This document shows, piece after piece, positions 49,017 to 61,690 of a stretch of 64,000 nt of DNA. The notes beneath the pieces were generated by a model. That model searched no databases, was not told where the DNA came from, and saw only the letters and a program-made list of their open reading frames with translations. The stretch is from the human T2T-CHM13v2.0 reference genome, Homo sapiens. A program made the translations under genes and the position numbers. Where the stretch lies: NCBI RefSeq assembly GCF_009914755.1, contig NC_060937.1, one strand, 5' to 3'. The first letter of the stretch is position 1. The number at the start of each line of letters is the position of its first letter.

Positions 49017-52000
49017 TGGAATGGAATGGAATGGAATGGAATGGAGTGGAGTGGAGTGGAGTGGAGTGCAATGCAATGGAATGGAATGGACTCGAATGAA
49101 ATGGAATGGAAAGGAGTCAAATGGAATGGAATGGACTCGAATGGAATGTAATGGAATGGACTCAAGTGGAATGGAATGGACTTGAATGCAATAGAATGGA
49201 ATGGAATGGACTCGAATGGAATGGAATGGAATGGACAGGAATGGAATGGAAAGGAATGAAATGGAATGGAAAGGAATGGACTTGAGTGGAATAGAATGGC
49301 AAGGAATGGAATGGACTCGAGTGATATGGAATAGAAAGCACTCGAATGGAATGGAATGGACTCTAGTGCAATGCAATGGAATAGAATGGAGTCAAATGGA
49401 ATGGAGTGGAATGGATTCGAATGGAATGGAACGGAATTCAATGGATTCGAGACAAACAGAATGTAATGGTATGGAATGGACTCGAATGGAATGGAATGGA
49501 CACGAATGCAATGGAATGGAATGGAAAGGAATAAAATGGAATGGAATGGATTGGAATGGAATGCAATCGACTCGAATGCAACGGAATGGAATGCAATGGA
49601 ATGGACTCGAATGGAATAGAGTGGAATTTATTGGATTGGAATCTAATGGTATGGACTCTAATGGAATGGAATGGAACGGACTCGAATGGAATAGAATGGA
49701 ACGGAATGGACACGAATGGAATGGAATGGACACGAAAGGTATGGAATGGAAGGGGATGGAATGGAATGGAATGGAAGGGAATGGAATGGAGTGGAATGGA
49801 ACAGAATGGACTTGAATGGAATAGAATGGAATGGAAAGGAGTGGACTCGAATGAAATGGAATGGAAAGGACTCAAATGCAATGCAATGGATTCGAATAGA
49901 ATGCAATAGAATGGAATGGACTCGAATGGAATGGAATGGAATGGAATTGACTCAAGTGGAATGGAATGGAGCGGACTCGAATGAAATGGAATGCAGGGGA
50001 AGGAACTGGAATGGCATGCAATGGAATGGAATAGTCTCGAATGGAATGGAACGGAATGGACTCGAATGGAGTGGAAAGGAATGGACCCAAATGGAATGGA
50101 ATGGAATTGATTGGAGAGGAATGGAATGGAATGGAGAGGAATGGAATGGAATGGAATGGAATAGAATGGAATGGAATGGAATGGAATGGAATGGAATGGA
50201 AAGGAATGGAGTGGAAGAGAATGGAATGGAATGGAATGGAATGGAATGGAATAGAATGGAAAGGAATGGATTTTAATTGAATGGAATGGAATGGAATGGA
50301 CTCGAATGGAGTGGAATGGACTCGAATGGAATGGAATGGAATGGATTCGAGTGGAATACAGTGGAATTGTCTCGAATGGAATTCAATGGAATGAACTCCA
50401 ATGGAATGGAATGGACTTGAATGGAATGGAAAGGAAACGACTCGAGTGGAATGGAATGGAATGGAATGGAAAGGAAACGACTCGAGTGGAATGGAATGGA
50501 ATGGAATGCACTCGAATGGAATGGAATGGAATTGACTCGAATGGAATTGAAAGGAATGGACTCGAATAGAATGGAATGGAATGGGCTCGAATGCAATGGA
50601 GTGAAATGGACTCGAATGGAATGGAAAGGAATTAAATGGACTGGAATTGAATGGAATGCAACGGACTCGAATGGAATGGAATGGAAAGGTCACGAATGAA
50701 ATGGAATGGAATGGAAGGGAATGGAATGGAATGGAATGCAATGCAATGGAATGAAATGGAATGAAATGGAACGGACTCGAATGGAATAGATTAGATTGAA
50801 ATTTAGTGGAATGGACTCTATGGAATGGAATGGAATGGATTCGAATGTAATAGAATGGAATGGAATGGAATGGAATGGAATGGAAAGGAATGGAATGGAA
50901 TGGAATGGAATGGAATCGAATGGAATCGAATGGAATGGAATTTAAAGGACACGAATGGAATGGAATGTACTCGAATGGAATGGAATGGAATGGAAACGAC
51001 TCGAGTGGAATGAAATGGAATGGAATGGAATCGAATGTAATGGAATGAGATTGAATGGACTTGAATGGAATGGAATGGCATGGTCTCAAATGGAATGGAA
51101 TGGCATGGTCTCGAATGGAATGCAATTGAATGGACTCAATTGGAATGGAATGGAATTGACTCGAGTGGAATTGAATGGAATGGACCGGAATGGAATTAAG
51201 TGTAATGGAATGGACACGAATGAAATGGACTCGAATGGAATGGAATGGAATGGAATGGAATGGAATGGAATGGAATGGAATGAAATGATTTTGAATCGAA
51301 TGACATGGAATGGACTCGAATGGAATGGGTTGGGATTGGTTGGTCTCAAATGGAATGGAATGGAATGGACTCAAATGGAATGGAATGGAATAGAATGGAC
51401 TCGAATATAATGGAATGGATTTGGCTCGAATGGAATGGAAAGGATTTGAGTGGAATGGAATGGACACGAATGGAATAGAATGGAATGGACTCGAATGGAA
51501 TGGAATGGAATGGACTCAAATGGAATGGAAAGGAATGGACTCAAATGGAATAGAGTGGAATGGAATGGACTCGAATGCGATGAAGTGGAATGGACTCGAA
51601 CGGAATGGAATGGACTCCAGTGGAATGGAATGGAATGGTATGGTCTCAAATGGAATGGAAAGGAAAGGAACGAATTCAAATGGAATAGAATGGAATGGAT
51701 TCGAATCTAATGGAGTGGAATGGAATGGACTTGAATGGAATGGAGTGTAATGGAATCAAAAGGAATGGAATGGAATTTAATGGACTCGAATGGAAAGGAA
51801 TGGAATTGAAGGGAATCAAAAGGAATGGATGGGAATGGAATGGAATGGACTCGAATGGAATGGAATGGACTCGAATGGAATGGAAGGGACTTGAACGGAG
51901 TGAAGCCGAATGGATTCGAATGGAATGGAATGGAATGGAATGGAATGGAATGGAATGGAATGAACTCGAATGGAAGGGAATGGACTTGAATGGAATGGAA

Positions 52001-55000
52001 TGGAATGGACTCAAATGGAATGGAAGGACTCAAATGGAGTGGAGCCGAATGGATTTGAATGGAATGGAATGGAATTGAATTGAATGGAATGAACTCGAAT
52101 GGAATGGAATGGAATGGAACGAAATGGACTCAAATGGAATGGCATGGAATGGACTCGATCGAATGGAATGGCATAAAATGGAATGGAATGGACTTGAATG
52201 TAATGCAGTTCAATTGAATGTACCCAAAAGGAATGGAATGGAATGAACGGACTCAAATGAAATGGAATGGACCCGAAAGGAATGGAATGGAATAGAATCA
52301 ACTCGAGTGGAATGGAATGGAATGGACTCGAATGAAATGGAATGCAGTGGAATGGACTCAAATGAAATGGAATGCAGTGGAATGGACCGGAATGGCATGC
52401 AATGGGATGAAATAAACTCGAATGGAATGGAACGGACTCGAATAGAAGGGAATGGAATGGACACGAATGGAATGGAACGTAATGGAAGGGAATAGAATGG
52501 AACAGAATGGATTGGAATAGAATGGAATGGAATGGAGTGGATGCAAATGGAATGGAATGGAATGGATTCGAATGGAATAGAATGGAATTTACTGGATTGG
52601 AATCTAACGGAATTGACTCTAATGAAATGGAATGGAATGGACTCAAATGGAAGTGAACAGAATGGAATGGATTCGAATGGAATGGAATGGACTCGAATGG
52701 AATGGAATGGAACTGAATGGAATGGAGTTGAATGCAATAGAATGGAATGGAAAGGAATGGACTCGAATGAAATGGAAAGGTATGGAGTGGAATGGAATGG
52801 AATGGAGTGGAATGGAATGGAATGGAATGGAATGGAATGGAATGGAATGGAATAACTCAAAAGGAATGGAATGGAATGGACTCAAGCGGAATGGAATGGA
52901 CTCGAAAGCAATAGAATGGAATGGAATGGACTCGAATGGAATGGACAGGAATTGAATGGAATGGAATGGAATAGAATGGACTGTAATGGAATGGAATGGG
53001 AAAGAATGGAATGCAATGGACGAGAATGGAATAGAATGGAAAGGAATGGAATGGACTCGAATGATATGGAATAGAAAGGACTCGAATAGAATGGACTCTA
53101 GTGGAATGGAATGCAATAGAATGGACTCGAATGGAATGGAGTGGAATGGATTCGAACGGAATGGAATGGAATTCAATGGATTTCAGTCAAACGGAATGTA
53201 ATGGTATGGAATGGACTCGAATGGAATGGAATGGAATGGACTCGAATGGAATGGACTCGAATGGAATGGAATAGAATGGAATGGAATGGAATGGAATAAA
53301 ATGGAATGGAATAGAATGGAATGGATTGGAATGGAATGGAATGGACTCAAACGCAATGGAATGTACTCAAATGGAATGGAATGGAATGCAATGGAATGGA
53401 CTCGAATGGAATAGAGTGGAATTTACTGGATTGGAATCTAATGGTATGGACTCTAATGCAATGGAATGGAATGGACTCGAATGGAATAGAATAGAATGGA
53501 ATGGAATGGAATGGAATGGAATAAAATGGAATGGAATAGAATGGAATGGATTGGAATGGAATGGAATGGACTCAAACGCAATGGAATGTACTCAAATGGA
53601 ATGGAATGGAATGCAATGGAATGGACTCGAATGGAATAGAGTGGAATTTACTGGATTGGAATCTAATGGTATGGACTCTAATGCAATGGAATGGAATGGA
53701 CTCGAATGGAATAGAATGGAATGGAATGAACTCGAATGGAATGGAATGGACATGAAAGGTATGGAATGGAATGGGATGGAATGGAATGGACTGGAATGGA
53801 AGGGAATGGAATGGAGTGGAATGGAACAGAATGGAATTGAATGGAATAGAATGGAATGGAAAGGAAAGGACTCAAATTAAATGGAATGTAAAGGACTGAA
53901 ATGCAATGGAATGGAATGGAATGGAAACGACTCGAGTGGAATGGAATGGAATGGAATGCACTCGAATGGAATGGAATGGGATTGACTTGAATGGAATAGA
54001 AAGGAATGGAGTCGAATAGAATGGAATGCAATGGAATGGACTCGAATGCAATGGAGTGGAATGGACTCGAATGTAATGGAAAGGAATTAAATGGACTGGA
54101 ATCGACTGGAATGCAATGGACTCGAATGGAATGGAATGAAAAGGACACGAATGGAATGGAATGGAATGGAATGGAATGCAATGGAATGGAATGCAATGGG
54201 ATGGTATGGTATGGATTGGGATGGACTTGAATGGAATAGAAAGGGATAGAATGGAATGAATTTAAAAAGAATGGAATGGAATGGACTCCAATGGAATGGA
54301 AAGGCCACGAATTGAATGGAATGGAAAGGAACAGACTCGAATGGAATAGATTGGAATTTAGTGGAATGCACTCTGATGGAATAGAATGGAATGGAATCGA
54401 ATGGAAAGGAATTTAAAGGACTCGAATGGAATGGAATGTATTCGAAAGGAATGGAATGGAATCGAAAAGACTTGAGTGGAATGAAATGGAATGGAATGGA
54501 ATAGAATGTAATGGAATGGGAGTGAATGGACTCGAATGGAATGGAATGGCATGGACTCGAATGGAATGGAATGGAATGCAATTTAATGGACTCAAATGGA
54601 ATGGAATGGAATTGACTCGAATGGAATTGAATAGAATGGACCGGAATGGAATTAAGTGTAATGGAATGGACACGAGTGATATGGAATGGAATGGACTCGA
54701 ATGGAATGGAATGGAATGGAATGAAATGGAATGGAATGGAATGATTTCGAATTGAATGACATGGAATGGACTCGAATGGAATGGGTTCGGATTGGATGGT
54801 CTCAAATGGAATGGAATGGAATGGAATGGACTTAAATGGAATGGAATGGAATATAATGGACTCGAATGGAATGAAATGGACTCCAGTGGAATGGAATGGA
54901 ATGTTATGGTCTCAAATGGAATGGAACAGATTCAAATGGAATAGAAAGGAATGGACTAGAATCTAATGGAGTGCAATTGAATGGACTCGAATTGAATGGA

Positions 55001-58000
55001 GTGTAATGGAATCGAGTGGAATGGAATGTAATTTAAAGGACTCGAATGGAATGGAATGGAATGGACCCAAAAGGTATGGATTGGAATGGAATGGAATGGA
55101 CTCGAATGGAACGGAAGGGACTCCAATGGAATGGAATTGAAAGGAATCCACTCGAGTGAAACGGAATGGAATGGAATGGAATGCACACGAATGGAATGGA
55201 ATGGAATTGACTCGAATGGAATAGAAAGGAATGGACTCGAATGGAATGAAATAGAATGCAATGGACTCGAATGGAATGGAGTGGAATGGACCCGAATGGA
55301 AAAGAATGGAATGGAGTCGAATGGAATGAAGTGGAATGGAATGGACAAGAATGGAATGGAATGGAATGGAATGGAACGGAACGGAACAGAACAGAATGGA
55401 ACGGAATGTAATGGAATGAAATGGCCTCGAATGGAACGGAATGCAATGGAATGAACACGAATGAAATAGAATGGAACAGAAAAGAATGGAATGGACTCCA
55501 ATGGAAAGCAATTGAATTGAATAGACTCGAAAGGAATGGAATGGAATGGAATGGAGTAGAGTGATATGGACTGGAATGGAATAGAATGGAATGGAATGGA
55601 ATGGAATGGAATGGCATCGAATGGAATTGAATGGAAAGCAATGGAATGGACTCAAATGAAATAGAATGGAATTGACTCGATTGGAATAGAATGGAATGGA
55701 ATGGACGCTAATGGAATGGAATGGAATGGACATGAAACATATGGAATGGAATGGGATGGAATGGAATGGACTGGAATAGAAGAGAATGGAATAGAGTGGA
55801 ATGGAACGGAATGGACTTGAATGGAATAGAATGGAATGGAATGGAATGGACTCGAATGAAATGGAATGGAATGGACTCAAATGCAATGGAATGGATTCGA
55901 ATGGAATGGAATGGAATGGACTCGAATGGAATGCAACGGAATGGACTCAAGTGGAAAGGAATAGAATGGACTCGAATGGAATAGAATGGAATGGAATGGA
56001 ATCGAATGGAATGGAATTGAATGGACACGAATGGAATGGAAGGAAGTGGAATGGAATGGAGTGGAATGGAATGGAATGGAGTTGAATGGAAAGGAATGGA
56101 CTTGGATTGAATAGAAAGGAGTGGAATGGAATGGACTCGAATGAAATGGAATGGAAAGGACTTGAATGAAATGGAATGGACTCGAATGGAATGTAATGGA
56201 TTGGAATGGAGTCGAATGGAATGGAATGGACTAAAGAGGAATGAAATGGAATACACTCGAATGGAATATAATGGAAAGGAATGGGCTCGAATGGAATGGA
56301 ATGGAGTGGAATGGAATGGACTGGAATGGAATGGAACGGACTGGAATGGAATGGAATGGAATGGAATAGAATGGAATAGAATGGAATGGAATGGAGTGCA
56401 CTCGAATGAAATGGAATGGAATGGATTCGAATGGAATGGAATGGACACGAGTGGAATGGAATGGATTCGAATGGAATGGAATGGAAAGTAATCGAATGGA
56501 ATTTAATGGAATGGAATGGAATGGACTCGAATGGAATGGAGTGGAATGGATTTGAATGGAATGGAATCAAATGGACTCGAGTAGAACGGAATGTAATGGT
56601 AAGGAATAGACTCGAATGGAATCGAATGGAATGGAGTGAAAGGGACTCGAATGAAATGGAATGGAAAGGACTCGAATGCAATGGAATGGACTCGAATGGA
56701 ATGGAACGGAATGGACTCAAGTGGAATGGAATTGAATAGACTGGAATGGAATAGAAAGGAATGGAATGGAATGGAATGTACTCTAAAGGAATGGAATTGA
56801 ATGGACACGAATGGAATGGAATGGACTGGAATGGAATGGAGTGGAGTGGAATGGAAAGGAATGGACTTGAATGGAATAGAGTGGAGTGGAATGGAATGGA
56901 CTCGAATGAAATGGAATGGAAAGGACTTGAATACAATGGAATGGACTCGAATGGAATATAATGGATTGGAATGGTATCAAATGGAATGGAATGGAATAGA
57001 CTCGAATGGAATATAATGGAAAGGGAAGGGCTCGAATGGAAGGGAATGGAATGGACACGAATGGAATGGAATGGAGTGAAATGGAATTGATTGGAATGGA
57101 ATGGAATGGAATGGAATGCACTTGAATAGAATGGAATGGAATGGAATAAAGGGAACGGAATGGATTAGATTCGAATGGAATATAATGGAAAGGAATGGGC
57201 TCAAATGGAATGGAATGGAATGGACAGGAATGGAATGTAATGGAGTGGAATGGAATGGAATGGAATGCACTTGAATGGAATAGAATGGAATGGAATGGAC
57301 TCAAATGGAATGGAATGGACATGAGTGAAATGGAATGGAATGGACTCGAATGGAATGGAATGGAATGGAATGGAATGGACTCAAATTGGATGGAATGGTA
57401 TGTAATGGACTCGAATGGAATGGATTGTAAAGGACGCAAATGGAATAGAATGGAATGGCATGGAATAGAATGGACTGGAATGGAATGGACTCAAGTGGAA
57501 TGGAATGGAATGGAATGGACACGAATGGAATTGCATGAAATGGAATGGACTCTAATGGAATGGACACGAATGGAATGGAATGGAATTGAAAGGAATGGAC
57601 TGTAATGGAATGGAAAGGAATGGAGGAAAGGAATCGAAAAAAGGAATGGAGTGGAATGGAATGGACTCGAATGGAATGGAAAGGACTCGAGTGGAATGGA
57701 ATGGAATGGATTTGACTCGAATGGAATAGAGTGGAATGGATTCGAATGGAATGGAATGGAATGGACTCAAGTCGAACGGAATGTAATGGTAAGGAATGGA
57801 CTCGAATTGAATGGAACGGAATGAAAGGGACTCGAATGAAATGGAATGGAATGGACTCGAATTTAATGCAATGGAATGTAATGGAATGGAATGGACTCAA
57901 ATGTTATGGAATGGAACTGAATGGACTCGAAAGGAATGGAATGGAATGGACTCGAAAGGAAGGGAATGGAATGGAATGGAATTGAATGGAATGGAATTGA

Positions 58001-58443
58001 ACGGAAGGGAATGGAATGGACTCCAATGGAATGGCATGGTCTCGAAGGTAACTGAAAGGAACGAAAACGACTCGAGTGGAATGGAATGGAATGGAATGGA
58101 ATGGAATGGAATGGACTCTAATGGGATGGAATGGAATTGAATGGACTCTAATGGAATTGAATAGAATGGAATGGACTCGAATGGAATGGAATGGAATTGA
58201 CACGAATGGAATTGAAGGGAATGGACCCGAATGGAATGGAATGGACTTCAATTGAATGCAGTGGAATTCATTGGGTTCAAATGGAATGGAATGGAATGGA
58301 AAAGAATGGAATGGAATAGAATTTAATGGGATTGAATGGAATGGACTTGAATCGAATGGAATGGAATGGACTCAAATGGAATAACATTGATTGGAATGGA
58401 ATGGACTCGTATGGAATGGAATGGCATTGAATGGATTCAAATG
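49017..58443 (+). repeat. Human satellite 3 (HSat3) array, (GGAAT)n on + strand, ~9.4 kb, probably HSat3A type
   Basis: Continuous GGAAT pentamers with frequent GGACTCGAAT variant; CAACCCGAG-type variants not seen; single orientation throughout. Confidence 0.97.
53276..53717 (+). repeat. 225-bp tandem duplication inside HSat3
   Basis: ATAAA at 53296/53521 and CTCAAACGCA at 53346/53571; 53276-53492 matches 53501-53717. Confidence 0.92.
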
Positions 58444-59799
58444 TTTAAGGAAAAAAATAATCTTAGCAGTCCATGTTGAGTGAACATTTCAATCCATGTA
58501 AAGGCGAAGGTCAGCTGCCACCATGCCATGCAAACCTTATAGTACGTGACATGTTAAATCAGTAACCTCAAAAGGGACTTCTGAGAAGCTATGAGTAAAA
58601 GGCACACACAAAATGCCTCTGAGATAGATTCACAAATGAAATGGAAAACGATATCTATGTATATCCAAGAATAATAGTAATTATTAGAAAACAAGAAAAC
58701 TTCTAAATTGAAAGAATCCCTAAAGTAAAAGTAGACCAAAGAAAAAGAAATAAAGATGAGAAGTGAGATGAGGCAGAAATGGTGAGTGACAAGGAGACAT
58801 ACTGAGAAAAAAAGTAGCTAAAGACAGTGTGTTATTATTTCAGCAAAATTAAGTATATCAATACTGAGAAATATGACTTGAAATAGATTCAGTACCTCAG
58901 GCAGAAACATAAACAAATAACATCTGGCTTTTTCTTTTGATAACCAGTATTTTAAATATAAAAATCTAAAAATATTATCTTTGTGTAAGAGTTACACATT
59001 TATCATTCCAGTCCTCAGGGTGCATTGTTTCCAAGTAAACAGTAATCATTTCAATAACAAAAGTGCGCTATAAATACTGTATGGAAATAAATGTCCTAAC
59101 AGATGCTAACCAGACCTCAGTCTTCACTGGTAAGGACTAGATTTGAAGGTGTTTGCAGATAATTAAAACTTGTTTTCATAACATAACTTAGCAGCTAAGT
59201 AGTATAATGAAAATGGGATATTCAAATTATAAGATATAAAATATTAAAGATAGAAGAACATGTTTATTTTTTCAATATAAATGTTGTTACAGCTCAGAGA
59301 AACAGTATGAAATCTCAGGGCTCATGAAAGGCCACATTCTAGAGATAGTGATTGACAGGTATGGCAATTCCCCTACAGCGTGGTGCCTGTTGTCATGGAG
59401 TAGCATGTCTCTTACAGGGTACTACCAGAAGGCTCAAGTAGGAAGAGCCAATAGTCCATGTGAGAAACCATGGAAGGCTAAAGATAGAAGGAAATATTTG
59501 GGCCACTATGAAGAGCAAGTTCACCAGGTGAATTGGCATGTGGCTAGGGTACAACTTCCCATACATACATAAATAATGAAGCAGTAAAAAAATTAAGTTA
59601 TCAGAGAAGTATTTTATTATTATTAGAGTCATGATTAGCATTCTCCTCACCAGGAGAGTTTTATGTTTTTTTCTAGCTCTACTCTATACTTTTTAAACAC
59701 TGTCTCCAATTTTGAAAATAAAAGTTTCTTATTTTTAATTCAACTCTCAATTAAAATAAAACAAAAACCAAAAATGTAGAAGTTCTTTATTTTGACCAT

Positions 59800-61690
59800 C
59801 TATATATCATACACAACAAAAAGACTGATAAAATTCCACCAAACACAACAGCTAGATCCGTATTCCCGTTAATGCTTAAGCCCATTCCAATAAGGATTTT
59901 GTACCAAATCTGCCCTTGCCAAGGCTACCCAGGGCCTTCATTTAATTATTTGCAATGGACAATTTGAACTTCACATCCGTGTTGGCTTCCTTACATCCTA
60001 GGTGCACATACGGCCAGACCAGATTTTTCCCATCAGATGTGATTTGATCTTCCAACTTTGGAATGCCTTGATGACTTCCTCTTTATCTAAAGATCACTTT
60101 AAAAAGCCTGAAGTATTTGGCTCTTCCCTAAATCTTTGGCCAGATGCAATGTCATCCTCCCATTGGCTTTCTTTGTCCAAACTACATTAGCCTTATCTCA
60201 GATCTTCAAACAAGTTATATTTCCTGCCTAAGATGTTTGTATGAGTGAGTGAAAGTCTGATGAAGATAGTTCCTTTTTGCCCCCAAAGGTTTTATTGATC
60301 ATGCTGATAATGAATTTATTGTTATTTTAATCTCTTACTGTTATACTCAGGCTTAAATTCTCTACCCTATACACTTCAGTTGACATAATTTTAATTTCCA
60401 CTCTGATGCTTCTCTCTTTTCTATCAACACTCTCTCCCCACAGGGTTTCATCTAGATCAGGAGTCAGCAACATTTTTGACAAAGAGCCAGACAGTAAATA
60501 GTGCAGGCTTTGTGTTGCCAAGAGGCAAATTTATGGAACTTTCCCTGCTGAAAAATTTCCCTATATTTTACATTTTAGACTTATAAATGATACACGTACT
60601 TATAACTCATGAGCCACACAAAAACAGGCAGCAGACCAGATCTGGCTCATGGGCTATAATAGTTTGCCAACCCCTCACTTAGATTCATGACTTTAGGCAT
60701 GATCTATAGGGTACGATTATCTAACTCACATCTCTAGCAAAGTCAACTTGTCAGTGCCTACTTGATGTCTCCACTTGGATTCTAACTAGCGTCTTAATTT
60801 AAGATTAAAAAAATGTAAAATCAATCACACATATGCACCTACCCACACCTCTGTCACTTGCAAACTGCCTCATGTCATCAAGATGTTGCCATATCACTAA
60901 AAGTGACCATAATCCCCCATGTCCCTAAATCCAAATACCTTGATATAATTCTTGCTCAGTAAATTCAATCATCTTCAAATCAACTTCCAATCTCAACTGA
61001 TTTTCTCCAACTTTATTGCTACAATCATAATCCCAACCACCATCATCCTTCAACTGGACAGGTGCTAAATGAACCCCTTCCTTCACTATTGTACCCTTCC
61101 ACAATAGTACACCCTCCTAAGAGCTAACCTCATCATATCACATATCCATCATACACTTTTCAATGTAGTTAATTTATATTCACACTTTGATATAAGATCT
61201 AAATTTGGTCCCTGAGGGCACTCATGTAATATCTCTCCATGCTCTTCCTTCATGGACATTCCAGCCAAACTGGCCTTCTTTTCTTTGTAAGAAACTATCA
61301 AGCTGTCTTTTTAAATTACAGAACTTTATATCTGCCCTTCTTTCCACTCAGAGCACCCCAGATCTTCAAAGTACCTTCCTATTTGTCTCCATTCAACTCT
61401 CAAATGAAATATTACCTCCTCAGAGAGAAAAATTCTCTGAAATACCTATAGCCTGATCAGTGCCTTCCTACTTGCCAGTTTTACTCAGCCATGTTATCAC
61501 ATGTAATCGTCTTCATAGTAGTGTACCTTATAGCCCTTCACACCATTGCTTTGTTTAGGTATTTGTATGTCTTCATCCTCTTTCCCTCCTCACTACAGCA
61601 TAGCCAATTGTGTCTTTGCCTTCTTCACTGCTATATCCCCTAGTGCCTGGTAGGCTTTCTATAAATAGCCATTTATTGACTTATTGACTA
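59800..61690 (+). mobile_element. Degenerate L2, interrupted by a MER58-like element (further L2 at ~62450-63180)
   Basis: TGCCTACTTGATGTCTCCACTTGGAT.., TTCACTGCTATATCCCCTAGTGCCTGG..TTTATTGACTTATTGA. Confidence 0.7.
60458..60676 (+). mobile_element. MER58-like hAT-Charlie DNA transposon
   Basis: TIR-like CAGGAGTCAGCAAC / GTTTGCCAACCCCTC; 8-bp TSD-like ATCTAGAT / ACTTAGAT. Confidence 0.8.

Noticed and set aside
48951-58251. Many long ORFs (MEWNG.. and FHSIP.. repeats, up to 531 aa)
   Set aside because: GGAAT/ATTCC pentamers have no stop codon in any frame, so these ORFs are an artefact of the satellite
49017-58443. Repeat-plus-variant pattern resembling a CRISPR array
   Set aside because: No unique spacers or cas genes; primate context; ordinary HSat3
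59293-59358. 66-bp + strand AG..GT segment
   Set aside because: Isolated, with an unrecognised translation; chance-level splice signals
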